64,000 nucleotides of DNA, from assembly GCA_028826165.1 (NCBI GenBank), contig JAPDFW010000105.1, positions 124,001-188,000 on the forward strand, in the 5' to 3' direction. A model generated the notes under the pieces. The model had not been told where the DNA came from. It did no database searches and saw only the letters and a program-made list of their open reading frames with translations. The DNA is from Anaeramoeba ignava BMAN (Eukaryota; Protista; Anaeramoebae). The position numbers and the translations under genes were made by a program. Positions 59,304 through 64,000 of this stretch are shown here, piece after piece (the stretch's first letter is position 1; the number at the start of each line of letters is the position of its first letter).

Positions 59304-61562
59304 ATGAGTCAACAAATAAATTTTACAAATAAACAAGAAAATCAATATCAAAATTCAAATCAAAATTATCCATATTCAAATCCATATCCAAATCCATATT
59401 CAAATTATCAAAATCAAAATCTAAATCAAAATCAAAATCAAAATCAAATTCAAAATCTAAATCAAAATCTAAATCAATACCAAAATCAAAACCAATATCA
59501 AAATCAAAATCAAAATCAAAACCAATATCAAAATCAAAATCAAAATCAAAACCAATATCAAAATCAAAATCAATATTATGATCAAAATCAAAATCAATAT
59601 TATGATCAAAATCAAAATCAATATTATGATCAAAATGAATATTATCAAAATCAATATTATGAAAATCAATATTATGATTATCCAAATCAAAATTATCAAA
59701 ATTATCAAAATTATCAAAATTATCAAAATTATCAAAATACAAATCAAATTCAAAATTCACTCCAAAATTTAAATTTGAATTCAAATCCAAATCCAAATTC
59801 AAATATAAATAATCATTCAATTCAACATCAAATCCACAATCAAAACCAAAATCAATTTCAAAATTTAAGTTTATATACAAATCAACATGAAAATATAAAT
59901 CAAAATCAATATTCAATTCAACATTCAATTCAACATTCAATTCAACATCCAAATTATCCAAATCAAAATCAAAATCAAAATCAAAATCAAAATCTAAATC
60001 TAAATCAAAATCAAAATATAAATCAAAATCTAAATCAAAATCAAAATATAAATCAAAATCTAAATCAAAATATAAATATAAATCAAAATCAAAATATAAA
60101 TCAAAATCAAAATAAAATTCAAATTCAACATCAAATTCAACATCAAAATATAAACCAAAATATAAACCAAAATCAAAATATAAACCAAAATATAAATCAA
60201 CAATCAATTCAACAATCAATTCAACAATCAAATTATCCAAATCAAAATAAAAATCAAATTCCAAATAAAAAAACTCAAAAAAAGACTACAAATAAATCTA
60301 CAAATAAATCTACAAATAAATCTACAAATAAATCTACAAATAAATCTAAAACTAAAACTAAAGCTAAAGCTAAAATTAACACTTCAATTCAAATTCCAAA
60401 TCCAAATCAAATTCCAAATTCAAATCAAATTCCAAATCAAAATCAAATTCCAAATCAAAATCAAATTCCAAATACAAATTCAAATCCAAATCCAAATCAA
60501 AACCCAAGTCAAAATTCAAATCAAATTCAAAATCAAATTCAAAATCAAAATCAAAATCAAAATCAAAATCCAAATCAAAATCCAAATCAAAATCCAAATC
60601 AAAATCCAAATCAAAATCCAAATCAAAATCCAAATCCAAATCCAAGTCAAATTCCAAATCAAAATCAAATTCCAAATACAAATCAAAATCAAAATCTAAA
60701 TCTTGATGACTATGATGATAAATATGATACATACCTTGATTATTATGATGAAAATTCTTTTGATGATGAAAACGAATATCCAAATGAACAAGATAAAATT
60801 CTTTATGATAATAATGGTTTGGCTTATATTATAGATGAATATGGAAATAAATATTATGAATTAGAAAAAAGTTCAGATTATGATGATGAAAATGATAGTT
60901 ATGATGAAGGTTATGATAATCCTTATGATTATGATGAAAATTATGATGAAGGGTATGATGAAAATTATGATGAAAATTATGATGAAAAATATGATTATGA
61001 TGAAAAATATGATGAAAAATATGATTATGATGAAAATTATGATTATGATGAAAAATATGATTATGATGAAAATTATGATTATGACGATCATAATTATCCA
61101 AATTTAAACACAAATCAAAATAGTTTAACTGATGTAAGTGAACTTGATTCACTATATAGTCCATCTAAAAATCAGCAAAATGAAATTGGAGATAATTTTC
61201 AGTCTACAGAAAGGAAAAGTGGATATAAATGGATAAGGAAATCAAAAAATACTGAAAATCAAAACCAAATCCAAAATCCAAAACCAAAGCTAAATCCAAA
61301 TTCAAAATCAAATTCAAAATCAAAATCAAAATCAAAATCAAATTCAAATTCAAATTCAAATTCAAATTCAAATTCAAATTCAAATTCAAAATCAAATTCA
61401 AAATCAAAATCAAATTTAAAATCAAATTCAAACTCAAAATCAAATTTAAAATCAAATTCAAATTTAAATTCAATTTCAAATTTAAATTCAAATTCAAAAC
61501 CAAATCCAAATTTAAATTCAAATTCAAATTCAAATTCAAATTCAAATTCAAAACAAATTTAA
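59304..61562 (+). CDS. Hypothetical N/Q/Y-rich low-complexity protein with a Tyr/Asp-rich acidic block, 752 aa
   Basis: TTCATTTTT motif and A-rich ATG context; open for 752 codons including non-repetitive segments (DKILYDNNGLAYIIDEYGNKYYELEK; ERKSGYKWIRKS). Confidence 0.6.
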   Translation: MSQQINFTNKQENQYQNSNQNYPYSNPYPNPYSNYQNQNLNQNQNQNQIQNLNQNLNQYQNQNQYQNQNQNQNQYQNQNQNQNQYQNQNQYYDQNQNQYYDQNQNQYYDQNEYYQNQYYENQYYDYPNQNYQNYQNYQNYQNYQNTNQIQNSLQNLNLNSNPNPNSNINNHSIQHQIHNQNQNQFQNLSLYTNQHENINQNQYSIQHSIQHSIQHPNYPNQNQNQNQNQNLNLNQNQNINQNLNQNQNINQNLNQNININQNQNINQNQNKIQIQHQIQHQNINQNINQNQNINQNINQQSIQQSIQQSNYPNQNKNQIPNKKTQKKTTNKSTNKSTNKSTNKSTNKSKTKTKAKAKINTSIQIPNPNQIPNSNQIPNQNQIPNQNQIPNTNSNPNPNQNPSQNSNQIQNQIQNQNQNQNQNPNQNPNQNPNQNPNQNPNQNPNPNPSQIPNQNQIPNTNQNQNLNLDDYDDKYDTYLDYYDENSFDDENEYPNEQDKILYDNNGLAYIIDEYGNKYYELEKSSDYDDENDSYDEGYDNPYDYDENYDEGYDENYDENYDEKYDYDEKYDEKYDYDENYDYDEKYDYDENYDYDDHNYPNLNTNQNSLTDVSELDSLYSPSKNQQNEIGDNFQSTERKSGYKWIRKSKNTENQNQIQNPKPKLNPNSKSNSKSKSKSKSNSNSNSNSNSNSNSNSKSNSKSKSNLKSNSNSKSNLKSNSNLNSISNLNSNSKPNPNLNSNSNSNSNSNSKQI

Positions 61563-62142
61563 ATTCAAATTCAAATTCAAAATCAAATTCAAATCTAAAT
61601 TCAAATTCAAATTCAAATTTAAATTCAAATTCAAATTTAAATTCAATTTCAAATCTAAATTCAAATTCAAATTCAAAAATTCAAAATCAAATTCAAATTC
61701 AAATTCAAATTCAAATCCAAATCCAAAATCAAATGAAAATTCAAAATCAAAACCCAAGTCAAAATTCAAAATCAAAATCAAATGAAAATTCAAAAATTCA
61801 AAAATTTAAATTCAAAATTCAAATTCAAAATCAAATTCAAATTCAAATTCAAAATCAAATCCAAATTCAAAATCAAAATTAAAATTTAAATTCAAAATCA
61901 AAATCAAAAATTCAAAAATTTAAAATCAAAATTGAAGTTGGAATACTTTTTTTTTTTTATTGAAGAATTTCTTCTTTTTTGTTTCAAATTTTTTTTAAAA
62001 AAAAAAAAGGGAAATAAAATGAAAGAGAAAAAAAAAAAAGAATAAAAGAATTTATGTGAAAATGAAATGTATTAACAATAGAATTTGAAATAATTGAGAA
62101 GTTCTTGATTGAAAAGAAAACAAAAAGAAAAATAAAAAGAAA

Positions 62143-63284
62143 TTAACAACATCCTTTAGATTTTTTTTTAGGATTATTCTCAAATGGAGAATCAATTATA
62201 ATTTGAGGATTTTCTGATGTATTTGATTTTTTAGTTGCTAAATGAAGATCAAGTTTTCCATCTTTAATTTTTTCATAAATTATTCTAGCAGTTTGTAAAA
62301 AAGCAGTTTCAACATTTTCACCAGTTTTTGCAGAAGTTTCAAGATAAGTTAAACCTAAAATATAAATAGGAAAAAAGAAAAAAAATTAAAAAAAAAAAAT
62401 TTTTTTTTCTTTTCGGGAATTTTTTTTTTTTGCTTTTTTTTTTCTTTACCATGTTCATCTGCATAATTTTTTGCTTCTTCAAATGAAACTTGTCTTTCTT
62501 GAATATCTGTTTTATTCCCAATCATAACAATAACTGCATCAGGACTTGTACATTTATTCACATCAGATAACCAAGTATTTAAATGAACAAAAGTATTTCG
62601 TCTTTTATTTTAAAAAATTTTTTAAAAATTAACTTATTTTTTTGTTCCACTTTTTTTTTTATTTTAAATTTTAAATAAACCTTGATGTATCAAAAACTAA
62701 AAGAACACCAAGAGCTCCTCGAAAATAACTTTTTGTTACAGCTCTAAATCTTTCCTATTTATTTATAATTTATTTTATTTTATAATTTAATTTTATTTAT
62801 TTTTATTTATATTTTATTTACTTGACCTGCAGTATCCCAAACTTGAATTTTACTTAATTTTTTAGTTTAAATTTTTTTAATTTAAGTTTTTTTAATTTAA
62901 ATTTTAATTTAAAATTTTTTTTTTTCAATTATTGAATTTTCATTTATATTTTTTTTTTACATATGATCTTTCATAATTTCAACAATTCTTGAAGAAAATT
63001 CAACTCCAATTGTATGTGGACATTCAGGAATAACTTTTAAAAAAAAGTATTATTCATTTTATTTTTTTTAATTAAAAAAAAAAAAAAAAAGCAATTTAAA
63101 AAATAATTCTTATACATTTTCCTTCTGTAAATCGATGAAGAAGACTTGATTTGCCTTTTAAAAAATTTTAAATTAAAAAAATTTTAAAAATAAAAATTAT
63201 TTTAAATTATTTTATAAAAATTAATTAACCTGTTCCCATTGCTCCAATTATAATATATTTAAAAATATAATTATAAGTCGCCAT
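62143..63284 (-). CDS. RAB14: Rab GTPase, Rab14-like, 7 exons
   Basis: [67 protein letters not shown]; C-terminal GCC*. Introns 63155-63229, 63034-63115, 62853-62960, 62755-62821, 62602-62680, 62355-62449. Confidence 0.88.
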
Positions 63285-63382
63285 TTAAATTTAAAAAATT
63301 TTTTTTAATTTATAAATTTTTTATTAATAAAAAAAGGAGAAAAAAAATGAAAAATAAAAAATAAAAAATTAAAAAAAAATTA

Positions 63383-63416
63383 TTTTTTCATTTTTCATTT
63401 TTTCATTTTTTCATTT
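63383..63416 (+). promoter_or_regulatory. Reiterated TTTTTCATTT initiator-like motif (one example of a window-wide element)
   Basis: Four tandem copies just before the ALG14 ATG; the same motif precedes most modelled starts. Confidence 0.6.
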
Positions 63417-63427
63417 CCCTTTTTTAA

Positions 63428-64000
63428 ATGAATTTATTAATAAAATTTTTCTCAATTTTTCTACTGATAATTTTTATCAGGGCAGTTTATATTCTTCCAA
63501 TTTGGAAAAGACCAACACAAATGAAAACAAAACGTCAAAAATACAAAATACCGATTTCCATTCTATCAGTTATTGGTTCTGGTTTGTATAACACTAACTA
63601 ATAAAAAAAACACGAGAATAAATATAAACAATCCAAACGCTAATTACTTCTTATTAAAAAGGCGGGCATACGGCCGAAATGTTGAAACTTTTAGATGGAC
63701 TTTTACAAAAAGATAGAACTCGTTATTATCAAGTTAATTTTATTGTCGCGAAAACGGATAAAAATAGCAAGATCAAGATCGAAAAATTCATACAAAATAT
63801 TCGCGAAAATCCAACTTCGTTGATCCAAAAAAATCAGTTTAAAATTTTCGAAATTCCACGAAGTCGTGAAGTTGGTCAGTCTTTTATTTCTTGTATTTTG
63901 CCAACAATCCGAGCCTTTTTTAGTTCGTTGTTTGTCTTGTTTAAAACCAAACCCAAATTATTACTGGTTAACGGTCCGGGAACTTGTGTTCCTGTCAGTA
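63428..64000 (+). CDS. ALG14: UDP-GlcNAc transferase subunit ALG14 (3' partial)
   Basis: N-terminal hydrophobic helix; VIGSG|GHTAEMLKLL (intron 63582-63661); IPRSREVGQSF; LLVNGPGTCVP. Confidence 0.92.

Overview
Extremely AT-rich eukaryotic (protist) genomic DNA, standard genetic code, with GT-AG spliceosomal introns and very short intergenic spacers. The style (ANK-BTB and RCC1-BTB expansions, AAAATC-type hexamer tracts, TTTCATTT upstream of starts) resembles an anaerobic metamonad such as Anaeramoeba; that is inference and cannot be verified here. I modelled about 19 genes by hand. Housekeeping genes: TOP2, NEMF/Rqc2, Rab14-like, ALG14 (partial), TBC1D13-like RabGAP, BCAS3/ATG18-like WD40, UBL-UAS-UBX, an EF-hand calcium sensor, a SelM/Sep15-like ER protein, a bZIP factor, plus two orphans. 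The window also holds seven putative Cullin-RING substrate receptors: four intronless ankyrin + double-BTB genes, an RCC1 + double-BTB gene, an RCC1-F-box-Arf fusion and a CCCH-BTB-coiled-coil-ARM-Kelch gene. The strongest novel signal is in that last gene, which the ORF track fragments. Each ARM repeat is its own 132-nt phase-1 exon, three of the introns are base-for-base identical, yet the last ~8 codons of each exon are hypervariable. With a ~50-repeat mosaic ankyrin array, this suggests a diversifying repeat-receptor/ubiquitin-ligase recognition system. Other observations: about half of modelled 3' splice sites are A-rich AAG, an Inr-like motif precedes most starts, a 12 x ~151-bp promoter array, and microsatellite-filled long introns. 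No rRNA, tRNA, CRISPR, transposase or intein was recognised.
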